Source of the DNA: Callorhinchus milii
Lineage: Eukaryota
Length of the DNA: 64,000 bases
Direction of reading: 5' to 3'
Assembly (NCBI RefSeq): GCF_018977255.1
Contig: NW_024704744.1
Span: 71,486,001-71,550,000, forward strand
Shown here piece by piece: positions 13,039-26,155 of this stretch. Numbering within the stretch: position 1 is the first letter of the stretch; every line of letters starts with the position of its first letter. The notes under the pieces are model-generated. The model was not told the origin of the DNA. It did not search any database and was given only the letters and a program-made list of their open reading frames with translations. The translations under genes and the position numbers were made by a program.

Positions 13039-14017
13039 CTGAAATGGACAAAATATGGGCATTAGATAACCCATTAATCTAAAATCTTAAGGATGTTCAT
13101 TATTCCCAAACTAATGAATTTAACTGCAAGCATGTTAAAACATGGCGACGTGGATTAATATAATAAACACAACACCTTGATTTCACTTTTTACTGACAAA
13201 CCAGTCCATTATTTCAGGAGAATTAGAGTCCCCTTTTCTTTTTATCTATGATAATTACTAAGAAACGTATAGATTGAACAGGAGTTTCTAATGTGCTATT
13301 AGTTCTACCCAGCTAAGCACTTATGAAAAGATTTATACCTACATAGATACAAATATTCACAGTGTGTTAAGAAGTACAGGAGGTTGAAGAAATGAGCCAA
13401 TACAGATCTCAACATTCAAATAAAAGGATGTAAGAATGCTTGTTAATCAAGAGGTTGTTCAAATCAGTTTGCCTAGTTTCATCTAAACCTAATTCTTAAG
13501 ATATAAAATTTTGATACGTCATTATCCTTTCTCAGAAAGTATTAATGCTGTGCCATAAAGCCTGAAATTCNAAAAAAAAGCATACAAATCAGTACCGAAC
13601 AAAGTCTGTTGTGTTAAAATGTCAGAGAGATTTAGAAAATGGCACAGGTTTGATACTTAAGATGTTTTGTAGATGTTTTTGTACTATCTTTTTCCATTTA
13701 GAAACAGTTGAATAGTTCTCGTAAACAGATGGTTGATGTGGTGATGTCAGACTGCAGGCTTCTTCACTTTTGCCATTGATAGCACTCAATTGCTGACAGG
13801 AGGTGTGACTTACTGACCTGCACAGCTCTTTTGCCTCAGAGATGAAACATTCTGCTACCATGCATTGCTCTCTAACAAGTCTAAATACCACTCAAGACTG
13901 AGATTTATTCCGTGAAAACCTGATAAAGAGCCCAATGCTCTGCTGCTGAGTGATTTAGGCTGTTCTAAAGTTTTTTAAAAAAAGTGAATTTCCTGTGTAA
14001 TGTTTTAGATAGCTTAC

Positions 14018-14139
14018 CTTGGACGGTGATGATTCTGCTGGAGCCGATTCAGGTCGTCTCCGTGGTGGAACAGGAGGAGGGATGTGAGCTTCATCAATAA
14101 TTTTATTGCAACTTGTTATTGAAGAGATAGATACTGACC
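14018..14139 (-). CDS. SOS1: SOS1 exon 22 equivalent ([21 protein letters not shown])
   Basis: cacag| acceptor, AAG|gtaag donor, 122 nt, phase-consistent. Confidence 0.95.
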
Positions 14140-14854
14140 CTGTGATAGATGAACAATTCAATATTACTGAAACTTTATGTGCTCAAACAGTAGGTCTTAA
14201 GAAGCAAATTAATTTTGTTAGCAAATCCAAAACTGCCTTCAAAATTTATTGACAAATAAGCACTGTGTTTCTTCTAATGCATGCACCAAGTTAGGCAACC
14301 TGCAATCTGAATTACACTACAAAACTAGAAGCGGCAATATACATGCACATTGATGTTAGCTTAAACTAATGACTGAACTAAAAAGATATTAAAAGCAATA
14401 GTAGAAGCTTGAGTCTAGGTGCAAGGACAGTGCTATTTAACAATTTACTCTGAAATGCAATATTTTCATAAAAACAGCTGTTACAGTTTAGGACATCTTA
14501 GGTGCTAAATGTATGTAATTTAAGTATATCATGCAATCTTATGTTAAAATTAAATGGGAAATAATTAATCTAACTTTTAAAAACTTTAAAATATACATGG
14601 GCATTTTTGAACAAGAATCATTCTTGTATGGTAAGCTTGTTATGTTATTAAAGTACAGTCCTATTGAGAGAAAATCCAGATGCATATGAAGTTATAGGCA
14701 TGAAGAAGAGCGAACATTTTTAATGTTCTAACATGCATGCTGTCATCTATGTTAAAATAAAGCAGCTTTTTTTTAGCACAAAGGACAGTGCATGGTCAGC
14801 TAGAAAAAGTCGTGCGGAGTGTTAAATATGCAACATTTAAAGCCCAATACTAAC

Positions 14855-14899
14855 TTGCGCCATGGGGCAGTGAAACTGGGGGAAATATGATATCACTGC
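14855..14899 (-). CDS. SOS1: SOS1 45-nt alternative cassette exon 21 equivalent (SDIIFPPVSLPHGA)
   Basis: ttcttccacag| ... A|gttagt; 45 nt, frame-preserving; similar to human NDTVFIQVTLPHGPR (recalled). Confidence 0.88.
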
Positions 14900-17800
14900 C
14901 TGTGGAAGAAAATAGAGAAAAACTAAGGAAGGTGCCATGATTTATCCATTTTCACCATTTGCAGATACAGCTATGTGCTTCTTGGTATTAAAGGCTTTTT
15001 AATTTTGTCCTCAACAAATCTGCTAACTGACATAGCGGCAATTCAGAGCCATTTCATTTAAATTTTAGCATTAGCAAATGCAGATGTATGAAATATAAGT
15101 AGACCAGCCAAAATATCTTGGGTTTGAATTTGAAACAAGTCAACCAATGGCACAAACAGATCCAATAAGAAGGGGATCTATGGCTGCAGAAGCACGTGGG
15201 TTGATTTGCTATTTGTTTCGCAGCACATCAAGTTACTATCACTGCAGTCCAGCAAAACAATTTCCCAATTTCACTTCATATCATTGTTTTCACTTTCTAA
15301 TTCCTAATGTGCAGATGACTACAATGACTAGTTGTTAGTTTTAGCATTTACACATTTTTGACAAGAACATAAAAGAGCCCATTGAAAGATGCATTTAATT
15401 TGCTGAGTATAGAATAAAGCTCGCAAACTCAAAGTCAGCAGATGATTTTCAATGTAATGGTGTATTAATATGCTCTGCAAGGGTACAAGTTAACTCCTGT
15501 GATTCCCCAAACCTCCTCATCTTTCATAGAGGGCGAGGACTAGCTAAACAGAGATACTGAGTTTCCACAGAGGCAAGGAAAACAAGTTAACTGAACCAAA
15601 CTTGGGATGCCTCCCCAAGGTGAAAATTTGCTAAATAAATATAATTTTGTTGATGATGAATTAAGCAGTTAATTCAAGAGAAGGGGAGTGATCGCCTGGT
15701 TATACTTTTAATGTACTGCCACACATTGATCCTCAGAGTAAAACATAAATAGGAATTCATAATGGCTTACTACAAATACAAATTCTGTATTTGACAGATT
15801 TCAGTGCATATTTTTCACTCATCTTCACACAGAAGTGCTCAATTTTAAACTCAGCAGCACATTATGAAATATTAAAAAGGTCAGATTTACAATCTTCCAC
15901 ACAAATTGTTAGAGTATTTCAGTTTTGTTGATTTACAGATCACAGAACAGTGGGTCTTAGACAAAACAAGGAAGTTGCTACTTAAGTTTGGAATCCTTCT
16001 CAATGCACAGCACCATCTATTGGTGCGGAAGATATTATAAATGTGACTCTCCTATAGAGATTAGCAAACTTAAGTAGGTCCCATAGTTTGAATGTATTAA
16101 TCCTTCACATACCTGACAACGGAGACATATAATGTAATGTTTGGGAGTTGGGGGATACTAAATATCATTAAGAAGTTTTGCAAGTCATTCTACTTCAACT
16201 GTACAAAATTCTCACTCACATACCCATCTACAGCCGCTTTTAGCAAAAGTGTGTACAGTACCATCTTAGGTGATACTTATTCAATTAAGAAATAATTTGT
16301 CTAAGAAAATATATCTGAAGCATTCCAAGTCAGTTAGCAAGATACGGTAGATGAAGGTTAAATTACTATTAAACATTTGAGAAAGACAGCACAACAAACA
16401 TGGAATTGTATTTAACTGTTTATTTCCAAGCTCAGAATATTAAGGAGGTTGGAAGCTACCTATTATTTGATGCTTAGGAGATGTCTTGCCTTAAGGATCA
16501 AAGCACTAAAATATCTAGGCAACATGGTTTAGTAATAGTGATTTCTCGATGGGCCAATTTTAAATAGAACCTAAAGATTTTTTTGTATTTGACACAAAAT
16601 GACATGGCTCATGTACAATAATAACCCTTGCATTTGATATAGCACCTTATCAAGTCTTTGAGACGCCTCGAAGCGCTTCACAGAATACTGTAAAATTAAC
16701 TGACTGTATATTTTGTGGGCGAAACATGGCAGCTAATTGAGCTTTTCAAACTGTTCATTAAATATATATCCAAAATATCTGAATATGCATTCTCAAATAA
16801 ATAAACTGCCTGGTAACTGGAGAGTGTTAACTAATGTTTTCCAACGAAACATTACCTTTTTTTTAACCTGACTTGATTTACAAAAATCTTCATCACTGTT
16901 AATAACAGAGCTGCAGACACAAGTAGGTAGTGAAATTAGGTGTTTGATTTTCAAGGAAAATTAACCCCCAAAATATTAGATAAAAACTTGGAATGAGCTG
17001 AAAGAATGACCAAGATCAGATACCAAATAAAATATCGTCCAGGTTCCTTTCACAAAAACAAATATGGGGGTGATGTCTTGGGACGTTTAATCCATGAAGT
17101 GAGAGCCTTCAGGGACCACCAGATAAATGTCATCAGTTAGTTATACAGCTCAGATTGTGTCACAAATAAAAACAAGATTGTCCAATTGTCAAAGTTTATG
17201 GCTGTGATTTTTTTTATTAGAAACCATAAATCTCTTCCACTTTTTTTTAAAAAAGAGTCAATTCTGGATTCTAAGGAATTATCCATCTTTTCCTTAACAG
17301 GCTGCTTCTGTTAAGAACCAAACCGTCCTGGGAAAGACTCAAAAGTAACAGTAAAGGACCCAACAGATTGCAAGAAATCTAGCTGCAAAAGATTATGATG
17401 TGCTAAAGCTTTACAGTGCACTGGACAGACTGCGCTATCAACAACAACAACAAAATTACATTTATGGAGCGCTTTGGGAGTACAACATGCATTTCTAATT
17501 CCGCAGGTTACTTCAAGTAATAAGAAGGATGAGCTTAGATATCTCAAGAGAGGATCGTATATGGGATGCACAGGATGTCTAACAGAATAATGAAGTGAAT
17601 CTGAAACAATCATTTCAGATACAACAAGGCAGCAGGAGAAGAGGGCAAAAGTTCAGGAGTGTGACGGGAAATACCAAGAAGTAATTCTTTAGACAGAGGG
17701 TAATTAACAGATGGAAAAGGTTACCATTAAAGGCGAAAGAGTATTGTACCAGGACACTAAATTCATTTAAGAAAATGCTATCATGAAAAGATAACCAGAT

Positions 17801-18832
17801 GGGTATTACAGGAACATAAGATTAAATGGAATGAAAAGCCTTTTTCATCTGAACCACACAATACACCCATAAGATAAATGAATCCTCCTTTGATTTGGGG
17901 GTATCCACAGTTCTTTTACACATACTATTAACAAACATCTTCAAGCAAATGCCCCATGATAATGGATGTAAATCAGATGCTTGGTAAAGGGCAGGTAGCA
18001 AGGACTTTTAATCTTCCAGTAAGGAATCATCATAGACATTAAAACCTTCTGGTACTATAGAAACGTTTAGTCAAATTACCATTAATAGAGATATAGAAGT
18101 AGACTTCTAGTGTAGGGATAGGAGAAAGGCGAATAATACTATCAAGTGAAATCTATTGGTGGATTTATAGAAAACAGATAATATGATCACCCTTGCACTT
18201 AATATTAATATTGCACCTTATGTGAAAACATCTCAAAACTCTCATAGTAATTACTGTTAAATGCAATGACTATTTGTAGACCAACTGGCAGTCATTTTGC
18301 AAAGCAATGTCCCACAAACAACAGTGAGGTGAATGACTAATTTAATTGGGAGAATTTGCCAAGGAGTTGGCCAAGACAATGGGAGAAACGCTTTTCTTTT
18401 TGAATATTCTCCTAGGTTCTTTAGAGTCCATCTGAACAAGCAGAAAAGACCTTAGTTCTAACGTCTCAACTGAAGTAAGGTACCTTCAACAATGTAGTCA
18501 ACAAATCCCTTGACACTGCAATGGAAAGTCATGCTAGATAGACTATGACAAAAGTCCCAGACTTAAACCCGCAAACGACTAACCTAGAGGTAAGAATGCC
18601 ATCAACGGAGTCAAAATTGATATTGTCTAAATAAAAAACATAATTAGAAAATTCCAAGGTTTAAGTCAAGTGGATAAAATGATCTACCATTTCAGTTAAA
18701 ATGTTGAAAGGAGATGCACGCCTGTTTAATGTTGTGTCTATTTGTAGGTCAACTGGCAGTGATTTTGCATAGCAATGTCCCACAAATCAGCCATGAGGTG
18801 AATACTATGAGGGTTTTGAAATGCTTTCATAT

Positions 18833-19092
18833 ACCGCCCCCACCATCAGCGGTCAGGCCTTCAGCTCTCTATCCTTACCCCTTGGAACTCCATCCCACAT
18901 TCGCTAAGCCTTGCTATCTCCCTTGTCTCCTTCAGGGCATGTCTCAAGACCCTACTTTTCGACTGTGCCTATGTCTACACTCCCTGATCCCCCCCACCCC
19001 CCACCCCCACCACTCAGGTCCCAATCTGACTGTCCAGCACCTTTGGACGTCTTTCCGACATAAAAGGTGCTATACAAATGTAATTTTGTATA
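18833..19092 (+). mobile_element. L2 3' fragment
   Basis: ccccaccatcagcggtcaggccttcagc...ggtgctatacaaatgtaatttt. Confidence 0.8.
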
Positions 19093-20428
19093 ATAAGGTG
19101 CAATATTAATTTTACTACATTTAGCAGTAATTTCTGAGGGTTTTGAGATGCTTTCACATAAGGTGCAATATTAATTTTACTGCAAATCTTGTGGTAGGCA
19201 AGAAAATGTTAGATTTTTCTGGCTAAGGAACTTTGATCTTAAGACTTCGTCCTATGCAGCTGAAAGATTAAGCAGCTAAATGATTACATTTTGGAGACAG
19301 AATAGGTTTAAACACAAAGCAGATATTTAAGAGTTCATTTTTAAGTAATCTCTAGAAATACGTTTCAAATTTAAGAATAAAAATAAGTGTCAGTATTCAT
19401 TGTTCTACTCATATTCAAATTCATATAAATTGGATTGAAACATTACTGTACCCCAGAAAAATATATAAATCAGATATGATGCATTAAAAGTAAACATGCT
19501 GTATTTTCATTTATATCTTTATAAAAATATATTAAAATTACGATTTTATAAAAATGTAATGATCAACTTCAACTTTTGAAAGCCCTAATATAGTATATCA
19601 TTTTTTGCAGACTAGACCCCAGCACACCTTCAATTTTATAACTGAAGATTGATTATATTTTTAAATGCATCATACTGCAAGAATCAGCTTGTTGCAGGTC
19701 TCCTGGAAAAGCAAAGTCTGTACAAAAACATCTTCAATTAAATTTTTGAAAGGATACGTTGATTGTTGAGAAACAATCATTTTTAAAAGATCATTTTAAA
19801 CTTGTGCTAAATATTTTGCATTACAAATCTATTTCCCATCAGGATCCACTGACTAAAAGTAGAGCATCCACTTTGGAGACTTTTTTTTTAAACCAAGCTA
19901 TCTTCAGCATTAAAAAGGTTCAGTTCAGATTAGAATACAATTGCTGAACTAAACATCATGTGATTGATATTCTTGAGTATCACTCACACCAGACTATGAA
20001 GAACATGAGCCTCAATACACATTTGCAGCCCAATACCAAGATTTATGATCAGTTATTAAGTTGCATATGGAAATCCCCAAAAGTTTGAATTGAGGTGGAC
20101 CTAATTCGATGTAGTATGGGGAATATTAGAAATGAAGGAAAAAGCTACAAACAGGAATGCTCCACACAGAAGATCAAATATAGTGCATTCGTTATGTCGA
20201 AACAAGAAAATATTCATGCTGAAGGGATGATTCTGCTGGATTTCTTGGGGATTTTTTGATGATAGATTAACAAATAAATACTTATTTAATAACATATTTA
20301 TAGAGAAATGGTTAAGTTCCTTAAATGCCACAGAAAGTCAACCATTTGCACATCTGATGTTTAGTTGCAAATCTGGTTTTGATTTTCTGAGGCCAAACGG
20401 TTCTAAAAGTTCCCGGTAAGTGACGTAC

Positions 20429-20708
20429 TTGAGTAGAATGGACTAGCTGGGTCGGAATCGCCAAACACGCTGCAGATGTCTGTGGAGCTTGATGCTGTAG
20501 AAGCAGGGGGTGGCGTCAGGGGTGTACGTGGAGAATTGGGTGCTGAAGCTATACTTTCGGTCTCATTGTCCGTGATTCGGCTATAACTAATTTTTCGTGG
20601 TTCCTGCTGTAGTGGTGTAGGATGTACACGGGGATTGCTTGATGCTGGATGTTTCGGGTTAGATGGTCGGACACCAGGAGACTTCAGTGAATAACTAAAC
20701 TTCTTTGG
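20429..20708 (-). CDS. SOS1: SOS1 exon 20 equivalent ([18 protein letters not shown]...[16 protein letters not shown])
   Basis: ttttacag| acceptor, A|gtacgt donor, 280 nt. Confidence 0.95.
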
Positions 20709-21015
20709 CTGTAAAACATTAGAGTTGTGGAGGTAAATTAGAATGAAGTACATGGTAAACATACAGCCAATGGAGCTATGGCAAACAAAACATCACTCCT
20801 AAAAACAAGTGTGGGTGGAATCCTAAACACACTTCTAGGTTTAATGGGTATTAAAACATATAAATTTTTAAAAATGTCTAATACACAATGTAAAACAGAA
20901 TTAGGAGCAAATCATTCAGTGTGCAATCAATATATTGGAGTTTATAAATTGCTTATTAAAAAATGTCAGTGTAAAGCTGCAGTGGGAGAAGAGAGAAAAC
21001 AATGGAGATGTGCAT

Positions 21016-21326
21016 TATAATAATAATCCTCGCATTTGATATGGCGCTTTTCACGTCTTCTAGACGTCTCAAAGCGCTTCACAGAATATACTGTAAAGTG
21101 AATTGACTGTACACTTGTGGGCGAAATGCAGCAGCCAATTGCACACAGCAGTGTCCCACAAACAGTCGTGGATTGATGTGACCAATTTATTATTGTTTTT
21201 TTTTCTTGAGGGATTATTATCAGGCGTGTGGAGTAAGGAAACTTGCCCAAGGTTTCGCCCTGCCGGGAATTGAACCCAGGTTTCTTAGTTGCAAGGCGAG
21301 TGCTCTAACCACTGAGCTACAGGACT
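21016..21326 (-). mobile_element. Full-length tRNA/Deu SINE
   Basis: Intact head (agtcctgtagctcagtggttagagc...ggttcaattcc), core and tail. Confidence 0.92.
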
Positions 21327-21779
21327 TCATTATCTTAATATATGCTTAAAATAAACATTAAATTTCTTTCTAATACTTATGTATGGTATAAGATGGTACG
21401 CATGGAGCTCATGAGGAACAACAAGCTCAGAGAAGTAATGACCTTAATATAAAGACAAAAGAAGCTTCAATATCGAAGGAGTATTGAATTGTTAAAGTGC
21501 CATTCTTTCAATGGGACATTAAACCCAAGTCTTGTTCTGTGGTTCAGTTGGGCAATAATATCCTGTAGCACAATATCAAAATAAAGCAGGGAATTACTGG
21601 CTAATATTCCTGCTTGATTCAAATTCATCAAAATGAGATTAAGTTCAAGTGAACTCACCTCATTACTGTCTATGGCTAATTAATTAATAAATCTAATAAT
21701 AGGAATTGACAACAGTCACTACACTTCAAAATAATTAGTTATCCTTCTTTCCCCACATCTGGTCCCTGACCAGAACTGG

Positions 21780-22379
21780 TTTCTTCCACCTCCGCCATAT
21801 TGCCTGACTCCAGCAATACCTCACTCCACAAACTGCCCAAATCCTTGTCCGCGCCTTTATCACCTCTCGGCTGAACTGCTCAAATGTCCTGCTCACTGGT
21901 CTCCCCTCCCCCACTATTCAACGCCGCCCGCACTAAACTCCGTACCCCAATTACCCCAGTACTTGCCAAACTCCACTGGCTCCCTGTCAGAGCAGATTGA
22001 CTTCAAGATCCTCACTCCAGTGTTTAAATCCCTCCATGCCTTGACATCCCCCTATCTTTCCAACCTATTCTTTTCCTGCACAGCACTACCCGCTGCCTCC
22101 GCTCTACTGGCTCTGGCCTCCTCCTTGTCCTTCAAATCCTATGCTCCACCATCAGTGGCTGTGCCTTCAATCACTATGCTATGGAACTCCCTCCCTCAAT
22201 CCCTTCACCTTGTCCCCTCTTTCCCCATTTTCAGGTTGTGCCGGAAGACCTTCCTCTTCGACCGCGCCTATGGTCACCTTCCCCCTCCCACTGGCTTGGC
22301 ATCAGGCTCCACCATTGTTAAGTGCTCTGGGACGTTGCCCAGCGTGGAGGGCGCTATATAAATGCAAGTTGTTGTTGTA
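21780..22379 (+). mobile_element. Older L2 LINE 3' fragment
   Basis: Degenerate copy of 22718-23335 with gcgctatataaatgcaagttgttgttg tail. Confidence 0.85.
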
Positions 22380-22717
22380 ATTCATTGTGTGACGTGCTGA
22401 GATGCTTCAAAGTGATGAGGCACGATATTAAATGCAAGCATTATTTTATTAAAGGTTGGATGCTGGAGGTGAGCTATTAGATAACAAGGTTGTCCTTTTA
22501 TCTTGTACAGGAGTGTTATGGAGATACTAGCAGATCCTCTCCAAATGAGAGTATTATTCAAGTCTTAAACACACTTATAGAGTTGAGTGTCATCAAGTGA
22601 AATAGAAGTGTTTTACATAAAAGGTTTAACCAAAGTTATTGCGATCAATAAATGAACACCCAACACTAGTACAACTATTAAAGATGAGCGACAATAACGT
22701 TTGGTTGGACTAGCAGA

Positions 22718-23335
22718 AGGTCCTCAGGCCACTGAAACTCTTGTTCATGCCTTCATCACCTCCAGGCTCGACTATGCAAACGCCCTGCTTGTCGGCCTTC
22801 CCAACTCCTCCCTCCACAGGCTGCAGATAATCCAGAACTCTGCAGCCCGTGTCCTCTGTCGCATCAAACTCCGTGACCCCATCTCCCCCATTCTCGCCCG
22901 ACTCCATTGGCTCCCTATCCTTCAGAGGATCCAGTTCAAGATCCTGGTCCTCACCTACAAAACCCTCCATGGCGTCGCCCCACCCTAACTCTCGACCTTC
23001 TAATCCTCTACCAACCCGCCTGCTCCCTCCGCTCAGCCGGCTCTGGCCTGCTCCACGTCTCCCCACCCACCTGCCCCACCATTGGCGGGAGAGCCTTCAG
23101 CCACTCTACCCCAAACCTCTGGAATTCCATCCCCCTATCACTCCGCCGCACCCCCTCCTTAGCCTCCTTCAAGTCCCGCCTCAAGACCCTCCTCTTTGAC
23201 CATGCCATCGGCCACCCCCCTTCCCTTCCCCTCTTCCCCGACCCCAGCTTGGCTCTGAAATGTTGTACACTGTCCAGCGCCTTGGGACGTCCTCCCGACG
23301 TGAAAGGCGCTATACAAATGTAATCTTGTTATTGT
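22718..23335 (+). mobile_element. L2-clade LINE 3' fragment
   Basis: LVHAFITSRLDYANALL...QNSAARVL...LHWLP motif; tail agcgccttgggacgtcctcccgacgtgaaaggcgctatacaaat. Confidence 0.92.
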
Positions 23336-23731
23336 AGTACAAAGATGGGTCTTCAAAGAATTGAAAAACAAGGTTTTCATTGCTCAGTTGAAGAAATCAA
23401 AACTTATTGATTTAACTATTGCAGCAAGGGGAATGAAGGCTACTGACACCAAAGGGGAATGCAATCTGAAGGGTACTGATAACAGCAGAATGAAATGAGA
23501 AAAAGAATCGTTAGGGCTGGATGATCATTAAGGAGCTATGGTGACAACAGGATTGAATGCTGCTGAGAATGGAAGCAAAAGTATGCTTCCAGAACAACCT
23601 GAATGGCTCCAAATTTAACAAAACAGTTTATATGTGCTTTTCTCCCATGTAGATAATTTATTCACCAGCATAGCTACAATGAATGAGAAAAAATGCTCAG
23701 CTCGTACTTTTTTTAAAGAAATAATACTTAC

Positions 23732-23848
23732 AAATCTAGGTAACGTCTTGGCATTTCGAGGTTCTATTTCCAATGACTTATTGAACAAGTAATCTGTAAA
23801 TTCTTTCTCCAAACTGCTTCCCATTGGATTTAAGTTTTCAAAAAATTT
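23732..23848 (-). CDS. SOS1: SOS1 exon 19 equivalent ([10 protein letters not shown]...PRF)
   Basis: 117 nt, canonical AG/GT, end of the CDC25 domain. Confidence 0.96.
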
Positions 23849-24560
23849 CTGTAAAACAAAGACACTCATTCAAGAAGAGTATTGAAAATAAATTTTGCAA
23901 CTGGCTGAAATGAAGTTTAAACAAGCATTGGCTAGTGAGTGGAAAAAGAAAAAAAATCAAACCAGTACTTTGCAAGAGAATGGGTGGGAGAACATTAAAA
24001 AAACATGTTTGTCACCCATTATATTTATAATATTTACTTCATATATATAACTAGTATCTAGTATCAAGCCTTCACTTATAATTAAACATTTATAAACAGG
24101 ATTACAGTGCTGAACACAGCTATCTGTTGGTTCCTCATCTCAACTGAGCAGCTTTGTCCATTCTGGACTCCACCCGGGAAATTTTTCTCTCATGGGAAAG
24201 GGTGTTCGCCTTCAGGAAAAACAGTAAACACGAACAACAAATGCTGGAACTTGCAATGGTTTTATGCAATCTCACCTCACAAATTTGACTGATACAAGTG
24301 CTCCAATGCTAGCAAGTTAGCAAAAAAAGGAAATAATTGTGGCTTTTAATTCCCCTCTCTACCACACAACAATTATTTCTATAATTTTGATTTTTTTATT
24401 GATCTGCTGCAGCACAAAATGTATTCTTTTTTCTTCCACTTCCCTTGGTGCATTGCTGTGTGCAAATTGGCTGCTACGGTTGCCAACAAAATACACAGGC
24501 ACACCACTTAACTACAAGACATCTCAACGACACAGGGCGCTATATCAAATGCAAGCACTA

Positions 24561-24773
<213 letters not shown>

Positions 24774-25496
24774 TTACTTGAATTAATCAGTTTTCATATA
24801 TGTATAATCAAATAGACATTCAAAACAATCTATGTAGATCTTCACATGAATGTTCAATGAATAAACGTCATTAAATAATTTTTCCACCATTATTTGTTAG
24901 AATAATGTTCCTTTGCTTTAGATCTTCCCTAGCTCCACACACCAAGGCTGATAAAATTAACCATTCTAGAACGGTTACATAAATAAGCCTCAAGTCCTCT
25001 TCCTATTCATCAGAACTTTCCCACAAATTATCCAGTCAATTTACTTTGCAGTATATTCTGTGAAGTGCTTAGAGACATCTCAACAGTGTGATAATGTGCT
25101 ATATTAAATGGAAGGATTATTATATTATCATCATAAAATCATTGTCCAAAAATGCATACAGTAATTTCAAATGTAGCCTTACTGATTTAATGGGTCCCAA
25201 GTTAAAGTAACTTGTTTTGGGTTGTACCCAAATGGTTTTGAAATGGAAATCCCCAGAATAAATGATTCATGTTGAGAAAATGTTCTATCCTACATTCCTA
25301 AAATAGTTATTCCACTTCCAATATACTTCTGACACCTCTTCTCCCCGGCCTGAGTCATTATTCTTGCAGCTTTTCTAGAATACTAAATCTAATAACATTG
25401 TAATTATCAGAAACCAAGTGTTCACCTACTTCTAAACTACCAATCAGTTCTCGTGGACTGCTAAGTATTAAATCTAGTATGGAACCCATCCCAGTA

Positions 25497-25938
25497 TCAG
25501 CCTGGCTCAGTTGGTAGCACTCTCGCCTCATGAGTCACAATGTTGTGGATTCACGTCTAATGACGGGACTTGTCACCCATATGGTTTAAGCTGACATTCC
25601 AATGCAATGCTGGGGTGTGCTGCATTGTTGGAGGTGTCGTCCATCGATTGGACATTAAACAGAGGTCTTGTCTGCCCGGTGAACATTAAAGAGAAAGGAG
25701 TTTCTCCCTGTGTCCTTGCTAACAATTCCCCAAATATAAATTGGTCAATCAATCACTCACTTCACAATTAATTGGGGATATTGCTGTGCAAAAATTGGTT
25801 GTCATGTTCACTCACAAAATACACATAGCCACACCACTTCACAGTATATCTTATGAAGTACTTTGTGACATCTTGAAAATGTCACAAGCCACTATATCAA
25901 ATGCAAGGATTGTAAGGATTGTAAAGATTATTATTGTT
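25497..25938 (+). mobile_element. Older Deu-domain SINE subfamily, full length
   Basis: ggctcagttggtagcactctcgcctc head; attgctgtgcaaaaattgg core; tatatcaaatgcaaggatt tail. Confidence 0.75.
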
Positions 25939-26037
25939 ATCAGAGAGGGAAACATATTGGGATGCCAATGTAACCAAAGTCAGTAATTGTGTTAACTGGG
26001 ATGGGTTGAACATAGAGAGTAAAGGAATAAAGCTCAC

Positions 26038-26155
26038 CAAAGAAAGGTACACATGGAGGGTTGATGGACCTGAGTTTGGCCAAGTACTTTTTATAGTGAT
26101 CCTCACTCAGTTCATGAGCTTCCTCTAAAATCTTCTTCTGTCGACTTGGTATTTG
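26038..26155 (-). CDS. SOS1: SOS1 exon 17 equivalent (QIPSRQKK...PPCVPFFG)
   Basis: 118 nt, canonical AG/GT, RasGEF signature. Confidence 0.96.
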
